Virus record (IMG/VR): IMGVR_UViG_3300046777_001793
Span: 56,529-120,528 of that record
DNA: 64,000 nucleotides
Reading direction: 5' to 3' (one strand)
Origin: a virus
The translations under genes and the position numbers were made by a program. Below, piece by piece: positions 27,072 to 37,099 of the stretch. Each line of letters starts with the position of its first letter. The first letter of the stretch is position 1. The notes under the pieces were generated by a model that saw only the letters and a list, made by a program, of their open reading frames with translations, was not told the origin of the DNA and did not search any database.

Positions 27072-27659
27072 ATGAAGAAAAAATTAAAACAAGTAAGTCT
27101 ATTTAATAAGATTAAATCATTGAAACTCACCTTCAATGTGTATGTAATCTTATATAGAATATATCAAAAAGAAACTGTTGAACAGAGTCTATTAGACAAA
27201 CTTCCTACTGCTTTATATTCAGACGGAAAACTAACTGAATATTCTATTAAAGCATTGGAATCTATTGATGCATTATTCACCACAAATAAGAACATTAAAG
27301 TTGATGAACTTATGGGTGCTGAATACAAAATCAACATTGAAAAATACCTCAAAACATTTCCATCTGAAAAGCTTCCATCAGGTAAATATGCTAGAGCTAA
27401 TTCTAAAAATGTTGAAGTCAATTTTAAATGGTTTTTTAATGAGTATGATTATAGTTGGGAAACTATACTTAAAGCAACAGATATGTATGTTCAAGAGTAT
27501 AAACAAAACAACTACAATTATATGAGAACTGCTGTTTACTTCATCAGAAAAGATGATGGAACAAGAACTGTGCTGTCTGACTTGGCTGATTATTGTAATA
27601 GAGTTGAAGATGGGGAAAGTTATTCTTCACCTAAAATATTTAAAACAACAGTTATATGA
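27072..27659 (+). CDS. putative replication protein preceding the helicase
   Basis: FPSEKLPSGKYAR..ATDMYV..YMRTAVYFI; coupled to DnaB. Confidence 0.6.
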   Translation: MKKKLKQVSLFNKIKSLKLTFNVYVILYRIYQKETVEQSLLDKLPTALYSDGKLTEYSIKALESIDALFTTNKNIKVDELMGAEYKINIEKYLKTFPSEKLPSGKYARANSKNVEVNFKWFFNEYDYSWETILKATDMYVQEYKQNNYNYMRTAVYFIRKDDGTRTVLSDLADYCNRVEDGESYSSPKIFKTTVI

Positions 27660-28663
27660 CACCACAGAAGAAAACAAATCCTTGGAAAAGTCACTCTGAA
27701 CACTACAAGGATGCATTATCTTACATGAAAGATAGAAAGGAAGGTAAAATCTTTTCTTATAAAACACCATGGAGTAAATTTAATAATGCATCTACTCAAG
27801 GTATAGAGTTCAATACTATTACTGTTATTGGGGGAAGACCTGCATCAGGAAAGACTTTATTGGTAGATCAAATGATTAGAGAAGGCTTTAAGTTAAACCC
27901 TGGTTTAAATCTTAGAGTATTACAATTTCAATTTGAGATGCTTGGAAGGACTTCTAAGATGAGAGAGTTTTCTGCTGTAACAAAGAGAACTTATAAGTAT
28001 TTATGTAGTGCTGAACAAGAAGGTTTAACAATTACAAAAGCAGAGTTTGAATTATGTAAACAGCATGCTATATCAGCAGCAAAATATCCAATTGATATTG
28101 TTGATGAACCAATGACTGTTGAAGGTTTAAGAAAATGTATTAATGATTATATGAATCACCATGCGGTTACAATGGCAGGTGGTAAAAAAATATACCATAA
28201 TACAGTAATTACATTAGACCATACTGTACTGGTTAAAAAAGCAGAGAAAGAAACAAACAAGAATGAAACCCTGTACAATTTAGGTGAGATGTGTACAGAG
28301 TTAAAAAAGAAATACCCTATTGCTTTCATATTGTTATCACAATTAAACAGGGATATAGATAGACCTGAAAGAAATGAGCAAGGTAAATATGGTAACTACA
28401 TTCTTGAATCAGACATCTTTGCTGCAGATGCATTATTGCAACACGCAGACCTTGTTGCTGGAATTAACAGACCAGCAAAAAGATTTATTAAGTTTTATGG
28501 TCCTGAAAGATACATCATTGAAGATGATTCAGTTCTTGTTGTTCATTGGCTTAAAGCTAGGAATGGTGAGATAGGTATGAGTTTCTTTAAAGCAGAGTTC
28601 CATAACATGCGTATTGCAGAAATGGAAACTCCAGGACAAGATCAATCTCAAAACAAAAAGTAA
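27656..28663 (+). CDS. DnaB-like replicative helicase
   Basis: GGRPASGKT, FEM, LSQLNR, KARNG. Confidence 0.9.
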   Translation: MTPQKKTNPWKSHSEHYKDALSYMKDRKEGKIFSYKTPWSKFNNASTQGIEFNTITVIGGRPASGKTLLVDQMIREGFKLNPGLNLRVLQFQFEMLGRTSKMREFSAVTKRTYKYLCSAEQEGLTITKAEFELCKQHAISAAKYPIDIVDEPMTVEGLRKCINDYMNHHAVTMAGGKKIYHNTVITLDHTVLVKKAEKETNKNETLYNLGEMCTELKKKYPIAFILLSQLNRDIDRPERNEQGKYGNYILESDIFAADALLQHADLVAGINRPAKRFIKFYGPERYIIEDDSVLVVHWLKARNGEIGMSFFKAEFHNMRIAEMETPGQDQSQNKK

Positions 28664-29204
28664 ATTGAAAAAAGTAAACCCTAAATTAGAAATTTTGGAC
28701 AGAAGAGAGAAGATTGAACAACTGTTTAAACACCATGATAAAGTGTTTAAAAAATTAAAGATTGAAAAGCCATTGTATATTCCAAAAATGGCTTATTATG
28801 ACAGAGATGTTAAAGAAACTGTCATATCATTCTTTGAAAGTGAAATGCATGGAGAAGATATTTTTACTGAATTTATCAGTAGAGATTGTGATTCTGAAGA
28901 TGAGTCAAGAACACTTTATCTTTGGAAATATAACCCTCACTTCAAGAGTGAATATAAAACTACTGCTCCTCATCCTACAACAGGACACGTTAGGTATTTA
29001 ATACCTGTATCTGAATTAATTGTTGTTGAAGAATTAATTAGTGAATTAGTTGAAGAAGAAGAAGAGTTCTTAACTGATATACCTAATCCGGATTTGGATT
29101 TACCAATGGATCAAATGACATTGCGTGATTATGCGTGTATCAAATTAAAGACTCCACAAAGTTTTAAACCTTGGTTAAATGAAATAATTAATAAGGCAAA
29201 ATGA
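28614..29204 (+). CDS. hypothetical protein
   Basis: MTLRDYACI motif; start uncertain. Confidence 0.7.
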   Translation: MQKWKLQDKINLKTKSKLKKVNPKLEILDRREKIEQLFKHHDKVFKKLKIEKPLYIPKMAYYDRDVKETVISFFESEMHGEDIFTEFISRDCDSEDESRTLYLWKYNPHFKSEYKTTAPHPTTGHVRYLIPVSELIVVEELISELVEEEEEFLTDIPNPDLDLPMDQMTLRDYACIKLKTPQSFKPWLNEIINKAK

Positions 29205-29491
29205 CAAAAGAATTTTACTTAGAAAAGTTAGAAGAAGTTAAAGTTAAACGTGCATCATTAGATGCATTTGTTGATAGACTTAAAGCTTCATATATAGAGA
29301 AGAATAAACCATGTAACATAGATGATTATGTAAAAATAACATTAGGTTCTGGTAGAGTAGCAAAAGGTATTGTAGTTTCTTTTGGAATACTTGCTGATAA
29401 GTGTGTACATATTACCGCTTACAAAGAAGGTTCTCAAACAAAATACATTACAGTTCCTACTCAAAGTGTAGAAATAATAACCCCAAAATAA
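29201..29491 (+). CDS. hypothetical protein
   Basis: Coupled ORF. Confidence 0.65.
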   Translation: MTKEFYLEKLEEVKVKRASLDAFVDRLKASYIEKNKPCNIDDYVKITLGSGRVAKGIVVSFGILADKCVHITAYKEGSQTKYITVPTQSVEIITPK

Positions 29492-29498
29492 AAACAAG

Positions 29499-30284
29499 AT
29501 GAGTGAAATTATTTTGCCAAAGAAACCTATAAAAAGTAGGTTAGTTAACCCAAGTCCATTATTAATATTTGGTCCGCCAAAAATTGGTAAAACAACTTCT
29601 GTTGCTGCATTGGAAAACTGTTTAGTAATAAACTGTGAAGATCCAATTCAAACTGCAGATGGTATGGTAATGTATGCAGAGAATCTAAAAGTGTTTAGAC
29701 AAATCTTAAATGCAATCATCAAAGAAGGATGTCCTTATGATTACATTGCCATTGATACAATTACAAAGCTTGAAGAGTTCTGTGTTGTTAGAGCAGAAGA
29801 AATCTATGCTAATTCACCAGTTGGTTCTGGTTGGATTAAACGTGATGAAGCTGGTAAGTTACTTGCTACATCTGGTAAAGCAAAGTATAAAAGTATTTTG
29901 TTCCTTCCAAATGGTAGCGGTTATCAATATTTACGCCAAGCTTTTGATGAAATCATTACGCTAATCAAAAAGGCTGCTAAACATATCATCTATATTGGTC
30001 ACGTTAAACAAGCTAATATTTTAAAAGATGGTGTAGAATTTACATCACAAGATATTAACCTTGTTGGTAAAAACAAACAGGCTATTTCAGCTGATGCTCA
30101 AGCTATAGCATACATGCGTAGAGTTGGTGGTAAAAATTTACTTTGTTTCCAACCATCTGATGATGTACTTGCAGGTTGTAAAGTTAGAAGACTTGAAGGT
30201 AAAGAAATAGTGGTTAGTGAATATGATGAAGAAGGAAATTTAGTTTCTCATTGGGATGAGATATATTTAAAAGAAGAAAAATAA
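29499..30284 (+). CDS. AAA_24/Sak4-like P-loop ATPase
   Basis: FGPPKIGKTT, IAIDTIT, IGH. Confidence 0.85.
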   Translation: MSEIILPKKPIKSRLVNPSPLLIFGPPKIGKTTSVAALENCLVINCEDPIQTADGMVMYAENLKVFRQILNAIIKEGCPYDYIAIDTITKLEEFCVVRAEEIYANSPVGSGWIKRDEAGKLLATSGKAKYKSILFLPNGSGYQYLRQAFDEIITLIKKAAKHIIYIGHVKQANILKDGVEFTSQDINLVGKNKQAISADAQAIAYMRRVGGKNLLCFQPSDDVLAGCKVRRLEGKEIVVSEYDEEGNLVSHWDEIYLKEEK

Positions 30285-30315
30285 TTAATAAGTTTAACAA
30301 TTAAAAATAAAAATC

Positions 30316-31128
30316 ATGTGTGCATTAAAAACTAAAGGAGTAGCTAAAAGTGGAGTTTCTAAAGAGTTAAGACCAGGAAACAGAGTAGCAAGAATTTTCT
30401 CAATTGCATTAACAAAACCAGCATTTGCTAAAGAAGGAACACCAGAGTTCTATTTAGAAGCTGTGTTAGAAGGTGAACATTTAGATAACTTTGAAGGGTT
30501 TGATATTGAGTTTGGTAAACCAGAGAAAGGTAAATTCAAAGGTCAATCTGCAAAAGTTAAGTTGAGTAAATATACTTTCAAAGACTTCAAAAAGAAAGAT
30601 GGTGAAGTAGTTCCATTGGAAGAACAAGTAATGCAATTGTTACACCGTTTAGCAACAGCATTAGGAAATCCAGGATGGTTAGATTCAATGGATGGTAAGT
30701 GTGATAACATTCAACAATTAGTTGGAGAGTTTAACCGTAACACAGCATTCAAACAAAAGTATTTGAACTGGTGTTTAGGTGGTAAAGAAAAGACTGTTGA
30801 AGTTAACGGTAAATTTTATCCAAGATATTATTTACACGTTCCACCATATAAAGACAGAGCTGGTGTTGTGATTTGTGAAACACCTTATGCAGATCCAAAA
30901 GACACATCAACAACTGTAACTGTTTTCAACAAAGACTTACACGTTGAGAAAGAAGAAAGTGCTCAACCATCTGCAGCATTTAATTCAACAGCAGAGTTTG
31001 ATGCAAATGATGAGTTTGTTGATGTAGAAGATAACGCAACTGAAACAACTACTGATTCAGCATTTGAAATTGATGATGATGCATTCAGCATTGATGATGA
31101 TTCTTTTGAAGTAGAAGATGCGTTCTAA
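30316..31128 (+). CDS. putative single-stranded DNA-binding protein
   Basis: Position between Sak4-like ATPase and primase; highly acidic tail ending in F. Confidence 0.6.
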   Translation: MCALKTKGVAKSGVSKELRPGNRVARIFSIALTKPAFAKEGTPEFYLEAVLEGEHLDNFEGFDIEFGKPEKGKFKGQSAKVKLSKYTFKDFKKKDGEVVPLEEQVMQLLHRLATALGNPGWLDSMDGKCDNIQQLVGEFNRNTAFKQKYLNWCLGGKEKTVEVNGKFYPRYYLHVPPYKDRAGVVICETPYADPKDTSTTVTVFNKDLHVEKEESAQPSAAFNSTAEFDANDEFVDVEDNATETTTDSAFEIDDDAFSIDDDSFEVEDAF

Positions 31129-31148
31129 ATAAATAAATAAATAAATAT

Positions 31149-31180
31149 AAAGCCTGTTCATTTGTTGGACAGGCTTTTTT
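31149..31180 (+). terminator. intrinsic terminator
   Basis: AAAGCCTGTTCA...TGGACAGGCTTT followed by a T-run. Confidence 0.75.
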
Positions 31181-31191
31181 ATTTTTGTCAC

Positions 31192-32187
31192 ATGGCATTA
31201 AGAACAAAAAGATTTACTCCAACTCAATTACCATTTTCTTCTGAAATATTATTTGAAAAGATACTTAACTTAAATGAAAAGTTAACAGGTCAATCTGTAA
31301 AAATAAAATCAATATTAAACCCTAAAGATACTGATCCTTCAATGATAATTTTCTTTGATGGAGAAACAAACATTTATAGATTCAAAGATTTTTCAGCAGA
31401 TAAATATGGTGATATAATAGATTTAATTAGTTGTATATACAACCTTGATAGAGTAAAAGCTTATTACAAACTATTGGATATATGTGAGTCAAAAGAATTT
31501 GAAGGCATTGAAAAAATTAATACAAGTGATGTAGTTAAAATAGAAACTAAAATCACTAGATATAAAATTGCTCAATGGAAAAATAGAGATGAAGAATATT
31601 GGAGTCAATATAATATTTCACCTTTCTTTTTACAGCATTACAACATTAAACCAATAGAAAAATATGAGATGACAAAAGTTCAAGGAGATAAAAAATGGTC
31701 CTATATATTTGAACAAGCTTTTGTCTATGGATATTTTACAAAGGATAATAAACTGTATAAAATTTATTCCCCTAAAGTAAAAGATAACAAGTTCATTAAA
31801 ATAAAAAACAACATCTTACAAGGTGAAGAACAACTAAAGTTTGAACAACCTTATCTCATAATGCTTTCATCAATGAAAGATATGGGTGCATTTTATGCAT
31901 TAAAGTTTAAAGGGTTTGAGTTTGTTGCACCAGATAGCGAGAACACTTATATCAACAAAGACAAAATAGATTTCTTTAAAAGTAAATACAAGAAAATATT
32001 TACACTCTTTGATAATGATATTGCTGGAATGAAAGCTATGAAAAAATATCAAGAGCTTTATCAAATACCTTACATTCATTTCAATGTAGAAAAAGATGTT
32101 GCTGAATGTGTTAAACAACATGGAATTGAAAGTACTAGAGTATTTATGAAATCAAAATTGCAAAATGCTATTAGAAAAGAAAATTAA
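31192..32187 (+). CDS. DNA primase (TOPRIM)
   Basis: DPS..FKDFS N-domain; SSMKD, APDSE, LFDNDIAG, KDVAE; ATG 31192. Confidence 0.85.
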   Translation: MALRTKRFTPTQLPFSSEILFEKILNLNEKLTGQSVKIKSILNPKDTDPSMIIFFDGETNIYRFKDFSADKYGDIIDLISCIYNLDRVKAYYKLLDICESKEFEGIEKINTSDVVKIETKITRYKIAQWKNRDEEYWSQYNISPFFLQHYNIKPIEKYEMTKVQGDKKWSYIFEQAFVYGYFTKDNKLYKIYSPKVKDNKFIKIKNNILQGEEQLKFEQPYLIMLSSMKDMGAFYALKFKGFEFVAPDSENTYINKDKIDFFKSKYKKIFTLFDNDIAGMKAMKKYQELYQIPYIHFNVEKDVAECVKQHGIESTRVFMKSKLQNAIRKEN

Positions 32188-32497
32188 AATCTTAGATTAT
32201 TTAAAGTCTAATGATTTAGAATTAAAAAAATTAGGAACTACTATCTTAGAAAATCACCAAAGTCCTCAAATTAATGTTTGGTTTTATTTAAAGCTACCAA
32301 AAGAATTAAGAGAACCTATATTTAAAGATTTAGACAGCTCTTTAAAATTTCATTACTACGTAAAGAAACATTATGAAGAAATGGATAATGATTCTAAACA
32401 AGAATATTGGAATTGGATAATTGTTACTCATGCAAGAGCAATAATGCCTGAAAAAGATAAGATAGATTTAAAAGAAATACATGCATTCTTTAAGTAA
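32165..32497 (+). CDS. hypothetical protein
   Basis: Coupled ORF. Confidence 0.65.
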   Translation: MLLEKKIKILDYLKSNDLELKKLGTTILENHQSPQINVWFYLKLPKELREPIFKDLDSSLKFHYYVKKHYEEMDNDSKQEYWNWIIVTHARAIMPEKDKIDLKEIHAFFK

Positions 32498-33659
32498 AAT
32501 TTGCAAAGATTTAATCTTTGAACAACCGTTTTACGGATATGTATTATTAGGATTACAAAAAGAATTTAGTACCAAAGTTCCAACAGCAGGAGTAGGTATT
32601 AATGGGATTAACTTTAAGTTATATATTAACCCAGAATTTTGGTCAACTTTAAATGAAAGTCAAAAGAAAGGACTTATTATGCATGAGTTAATGCATGTAG
32701 TATTTTTTCATTTAACTGATTTTAAACATTTGAAAAATGCTGAAGTGTCTAACATAAGCAAAGACATTGAAATCAATCAAAAGATTCCAAGAGATATGTT
32801 ACCAGCTGAAGGTTGTTTTCTTGAAGATTTTTTAGAATATGGATTAGAACCTAATGAAGGTACTAACACCTATTACAAAAAGTTAATGCAAAACAATGAT
32901 GTAAAAGAACAGTTAGGTGGTGAAGCACAAGGTTCAGGTGCAAGTCAATTTCAAAATGGAAATGGTAAACCTATACCTGTTCCAGAACATAACTGGGGAG
33001 AGATTGAAAATGCATCTGAAAGTCAAGTCAAGTTAATGGAAAGACAACTTGCTGAAGTTTTAGATAACGCTATAGAACAGGTAAAAAAATCTCAAGGAAA
33101 ATATCCTAAAGATATTGAAAAAAGAATTCAAAAAATTCTTAAACCTGATCCACCAAAGTTTAATTGGAAAGCATACCTTAAAAGATTTGTAGGAAGTTCA
33201 ATTAAAACTTCTATGAAAAAAACTATGCGTAAAAAGTCATTGAGATTTGAACATGATTTTGGATTAAAAGTAATACAATACTCAAGTGTTCTTGTTGGTA
33301 TAGACAGTTCTGCATCTGTTTCTAATAAAGAAATACATGAGTTCTTAAATGAATTACATCACATGTATAAATCAGGAAATGATTTTACCCTTATTTTTGC
33401 AGATACAGAAATGCAAGAACCTATTAAGTATAACCCAAAGAAAGAACTCATACTTAAAAAGCGTGGCGGAACTTCATTTGATCCAATAGTAGATTACTAT
33501 AGAGCAAACAGAAATAAATATTCTACTTTGATATATCTTACAGATGGTGAAGCACCAGTTCCAAGAAACCCTGTAAAGAATATGCTGTGGGTATTATCAA
33601 CAATTAGTAGTGATGCAGATCACTTAAAACAATGTGGTAAAGTAATTAAATTAAACTAA
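32481..33659 (+). CDS. DUF2201-type metallopeptidase plus vWA domain protein
   Basis: TAGV, HELMH, DIEIN; MIDAS DSSAS, GGTSF, LTDG. Confidence 0.85.
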   Translation: MHSLSKICKDLIFEQPFYGYVLLGLQKEFSTKVPTAGVGINGINFKLYINPEFWSTLNESQKKGLIMHELMHVVFFHLTDFKHLKNAEVSNISKDIEINQKIPRDMLPAEGCFLEDFLEYGLEPNEGTNTYYKKLMQNNDVKEQLGGEAQGSGASQFQNGNGKPIPVPEHNWGEIENASESQVKLMERQLAEVLDNAIEQVKKSQGKYPKDIEKRIQKILKPDPPKFNWKAYLKRFVGSSIKTSMKKTMRKKSLRFEHDFGLKVIQYSSVLVGIDSSASVSNKEIHEFLNELHHMYKSGNDFTLIFADTEMQEPIKYNPKKELILKKRGGTSFDPIVDYYRANRNKYSTLIYLTDGEAPVPRNPVKNMLWVLSTISSDADHLKQCGKVIKLN

Positions 33660-33964
33660 TGAAAAAACTATTTATAGCATTATCATTAATAGCAACAAGT
33701 TGTGTTACTAGTAATCAAGAAAAAGACATCAGAATTTATTATCAAAATGGTTCTGTTGAAGATTTAACAATCAGTACAGAACATGGGTATTCTGATCAAA
33801 TTGGCGGTAGAGAAGCAACAATTTATTTTCATAATGGATGTTTGTATAGAAGTCACCAAGAAACTAAATATGATGCAAACTTTACAAGTTGTATCAGATG
33901 TGGTGTAAAGAACTTTGAAGTTCTTGAAATAAGAAATATTAAAATCAAAAAAGATGGTGAGTAA
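33659..33964 (+). CDS. lipoprotein
   Basis: MKKLFIALSLIATS-C. Confidence 0.7.
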   Translation: MKKLFIALSLIATSCVTSNQEKDIRIYYQNGSVEDLTISTEHGYSDQIGGREATIYFHNGCLYRSHQETKYDANFTSCIRCGVKNFEVLEIRNIKIKKDGE

Positions 33965-34136
33965 CATTGATGAACAAGACATAATAAATGTCGCAAAAGG
34001 CATTAATAAAGAATTAAGTGCTGAACAAATAAACAAAGTATTGCACATGTATCCACATGAAGAAGAATGTGATCCAACAGGAACATGGAATTTAATTGTA
34101 GAACATTGTATCTACAAAGTGATTAATGAAAACTAA
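33954..34136 (+). CDS. hypothetical protein
   Basis: Coupled ORF. Confidence 0.55.
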   Translation: MVSNIDEQDIINVAKGINKELSAEQINKVLHMYPHEEECDPTGTWNLIVEHCIYKVINEN

Positions 34137-34983
34137 AGTTTTAAAATCATTACAAATTCTTCCTTCAGGTAGGTCAACAGATTTTATTATGCCTTCAATA
34201 ATATTTGGTTGTGGGTATGACTGTTTATACTGTTACTGTAAAAGACATGTTAATGATGGCTTTGTTGTATCAGAAAACATATCACAAATACTATCTGAAG
34301 TAAACGCACATGCATTCTTTGCAGATGTAAAGAAACCAAATCAAACACATCCTGAATACATAACGTATGACATTGGTTGTAATTCAGATATGGCTTTACA
34401 TTTAAAGCACTATCCTTGGGAAACAATATTTGATTTCTTTAAAGAACATCCTATTGCCATGGGTAGTTTTGCTACAAAGTATGTAAACAAAAGATTGTTA
34501 GAATACAATCCTGAAAGAAAAATAAGAATAAGGTTTAGCTTAATGCCAGAACCTTATAGACAAATTCTTGAACCCAAAACTTCATCTATTGCAGAACGCA
34601 TTGATGCAATCAACTTATTTGCTAAAGCTGGATATGATGTCCATGTAAATTTTAGTCCAGTAATTGTTGTAAAGGGTTGGGCCAAAGAATATGAAAGATT
34701 ATTTCATCAACTTAATGTAGGTGTAGATGATGCTTTAAAACAAAATGTACTTGCTGAAGTTATCTTCTTAACCCATAACATAAAAAAGCATGAAGTAAAC
34801 CTACAGGTTGATCCTATAGGTGAAAGTTTATTATGGAATCCTAAAATACAAGAACGTAAAATCTCTCAATTTGGTGGAGAGAATATAAGATATGCAAAAG
34901 GATTTAAAAGAAATTGCATAGAGGACTTTATAGAAGCACATGATTCTATAATCAGTTGGAACACAATACGTTATATTTTCTAA
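34126..34983 (+). CDS. spore photoproduct lyase-like radical SAM protein
   Basis: CGYDCLYCY (CX3CX2C); YDIGCNSD, SFATK, RIRFSLMP, NFSPVI. Confidence 0.85.
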   Translation: MKTKVLKSLQILPSGRSTDFIMPSIIFGCGYDCLYCYCKRHVNDGFVVSENISQILSEVNAHAFFADVKKPNQTHPEYITYDIGCNSDMALHLKHYPWETIFDFFKEHPIAMGSFATKYVNKRLLEYNPERKIRIRFSLMPEPYRQILEPKTSSIAERIDAINLFAKAGYDVHVNFSPVIVVKGWAKEYERLFHQLNVGVDDALKQNVLAEVIFLTHNIKKHEVNLQVDPIGESLLWNPKIQERKISQFGGENIRYAKGFKRNCIEDFIEAHDSIISWNTIRYIF

Positions 34984-34995
34984 TCAATTTTTAAA

Positions 34996-36174
34996 ATGGA
35001 AGCAACTAAATTATCAAGTAAAGAGTTAAAAGAAGTATTAACTCACGTTATTAATAACAACAAAGTTATTCAAGGACAAAACAAAAAACCTGTATCAGTA
35101 TCTATATTGGGTCATGCAGGGTTAGGTAAAACAACTTTGGTTGAAGAACTTCAAAAAGAATTAAAAATAAATCATTTTGAATATATTAACCTTGCACAGA
35201 TAGATGAGTTAGGTGACTTAGTTGGTATTCCAATTAAACAATATTGGTTGACTACACCACAAGGAAAAGGAAAATGGATAGATGAAACTATCATAGAACA
35301 ATATGCAAAAGAAGGATGGACTATCACAAATAATTCAAGAATGAGTTATGCTAAACCTCAATTTATTGCAGGTAAAGGTGAAAATGGTATCTTATTACTT
35401 GATGACTATACACGTTGTCAACCAAGATTTATGCAAGCAGTAATGGAAATTATTTCTAAACAAGAATATATTTCTTGGAAGCTTCCTAAAAATTGGACTG
35501 TAATATGTACAGAAAATCCTGATGATGGAACTTATAATGTAAGTGATACAGATCCAGCAGCACAGTCAAGAAAGCTAACATTTGAATTAAAGTATGATGC
35601 TGAATCATGGGCTGAATGGGCTGAAAAGAATGGTGTAGATAGAAGATGTATTTCTTTTATGTTGTTGAATCCAGAAATAATTAAAACAGAAACACCTCAT
35701 ATTAATCCACGTTCACTTACAAAGTTCTTTGATACCTTAACAACTATTGCAGACTTTGAATCTAACCTTTCTCTTGTAAGAACATTAGCAGAAGGTGCTG
35801 TAGGATCTGAAGTTGCATCTTTATTTTGTTCATTCATTAATAACAAGATGGATAAGATGATTTCTCCTGAAAGAATAATGGACACTACAATTTCATTTGA
35901 AGCTATTCAAGATGAAATTAAAGAGTTGATTAAAGAAGGTTTGGATTATAGAGCAGACTTAGCATTTGTTGTAACAACAAGATTGATTAACTATCTAGCA
36001 TTTACATTAGATAAAGTTACACCAAAACATATTGATAGACTTGCTGATTTAATTAAATCAAATTGTTTAGGTACAGATTTAAAATTTGTATTAGCTAAAA
36101 AAGTTACTAATCAAGACAACAGATATAATGCACTATTAGTTCATTCAGAAGTTGTTGATATAATTTTAGAATAA
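34996..36174 (+). CDS. MoxR-type AAA+ ATPase
   Basis: GHAGLGKT, LLLDDYTR, ENP, NPRS. Confidence 0.85.
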   Translation: MEATKLSSKELKEVLTHVINNNKVIQGQNKKPVSVSILGHAGLGKTTLVEELQKELKINHFEYINLAQIDELGDLVGIPIKQYWLTTPQGKGKWIDETIIEQYAKEGWTITNNSRMSYAKPQFIAGKGENGILLLDDYTRCQPRFMQAVMEIISKQEYISWKLPKNWTVICTENPDDGTYNVSDTDPAAQSRKLTFELKYDAESWAEWAEKNGVDRRCISFMLLNPEIIKTETPHINPRSLTKFFDTLTTIADFESNLSLVRTLAEGAVGSEVASLFCSFINNKMDKMISPERIMDTTISFEAIQDEIKELIKEGLDYRADLAFVVTTRLINYLAFTLDKVTPKHIDRLADLIKSNCLGTDLKFVLAKKVTNQDNRYNALLVHSEVVDIILE

Positions 36175-37097
36175 TGAAGGCAATTGTTGTTCCATTTAAC
36201 GCAAGTCATGAAATGGATTTAAGTAGAACAGGAAAAGTAGTTTCATTAACTATAACAGAAAAAGGAAGTAATGGAGAACAAATAATTCCTAGAAGTCAGG
36301 TATTACTTCAATATCAATCAGAAAATTTAAATATTGTTGGTGCTCCTAGATATATTGATATACCTTCAAATTGGAAAAATAAAAAAGGTTTAAATATTAA
36401 AGTAGTAAAGCAAAATCAGATTAAAAGGTTTATAGTTGCAGACTATGAACCTTTTATACATTCAAAAAACTTATCACATGTAGAGTTATTAACACTTCAA
36501 CTTTGGGCTAGTAATACATTTGATATATGGAATATTAGTAATGGAGAACCATGTGTATTACTTTTTGATGCTAGTGACAAAATAATTAGAAATAATCCAG
36601 CTTTAAGTGAATTATTACATTCAGAAGAGATTGCAATGGGAGCAATAAACGCAATAATGTCTAATATTGATGAGATTCCTGTTAGTGAATATAATTTATT
36701 GTTGTTTGAAACTAGAGCAATGATTGATGCGGAAAAATACAAAAAATTAAAATCATTTATTGGAACAGATAATGAAAGCATGCTATTAAAAATTATAGAT
36801 TCATGCAATATGGCAATATCAATTACTGAAGTATTATTACTTTTTAATGAAATTCATTTAACTGATAAACATAAAACTTTAATTAATAAGTTACCAAGGT
36901 TAAAAAAAATAATGGGAAAGTTTATTAACAATGCTTATTTTAAAATAGATGAAATTGTTGATTATTCAGAAATGATTAAAGGTAGAACTTTAGGTAATGA
37001 TGAAAAATTATTTATTGCTGAAAACTTTAAAACTAACGTTATAAAAAGTAACACGTTTGATGTAAAATTTAAATTAAAACAACGCTTAAATAAATAA
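36174..37097 (+). CDS. hypothetical protein
   Basis: 307-aa coupled ORF. Confidence 0.7.
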   Translation: MKAIVVPFNASHEMDLSRTGKVVSLTITEKGSNGEQIIPRSQVLLQYQSENLNIVGAPRYIDIPSNWKNKKGLNIKVVKQNQIKRFIVADYEPFIHSKNLSHVELLTLQLWASNTFDIWNISNGEPCVLLFDASDKIIRNNPALSELLHSEEIAMGAINAIMSNIDEIPVSEYNLLLFETRAMIDAEKYKKLKSFIGTDNESMLLKIIDSCNMAISITEVLLLFNEIHLTDKHKTLINKLPRLKKIMGKFINNAYFKIDEIVDYSEMIKGRTLGNDEKLFIAENFKTNVIKSNTFDVKFKLKQRLNK

Positions 37098-37099
37098 AA

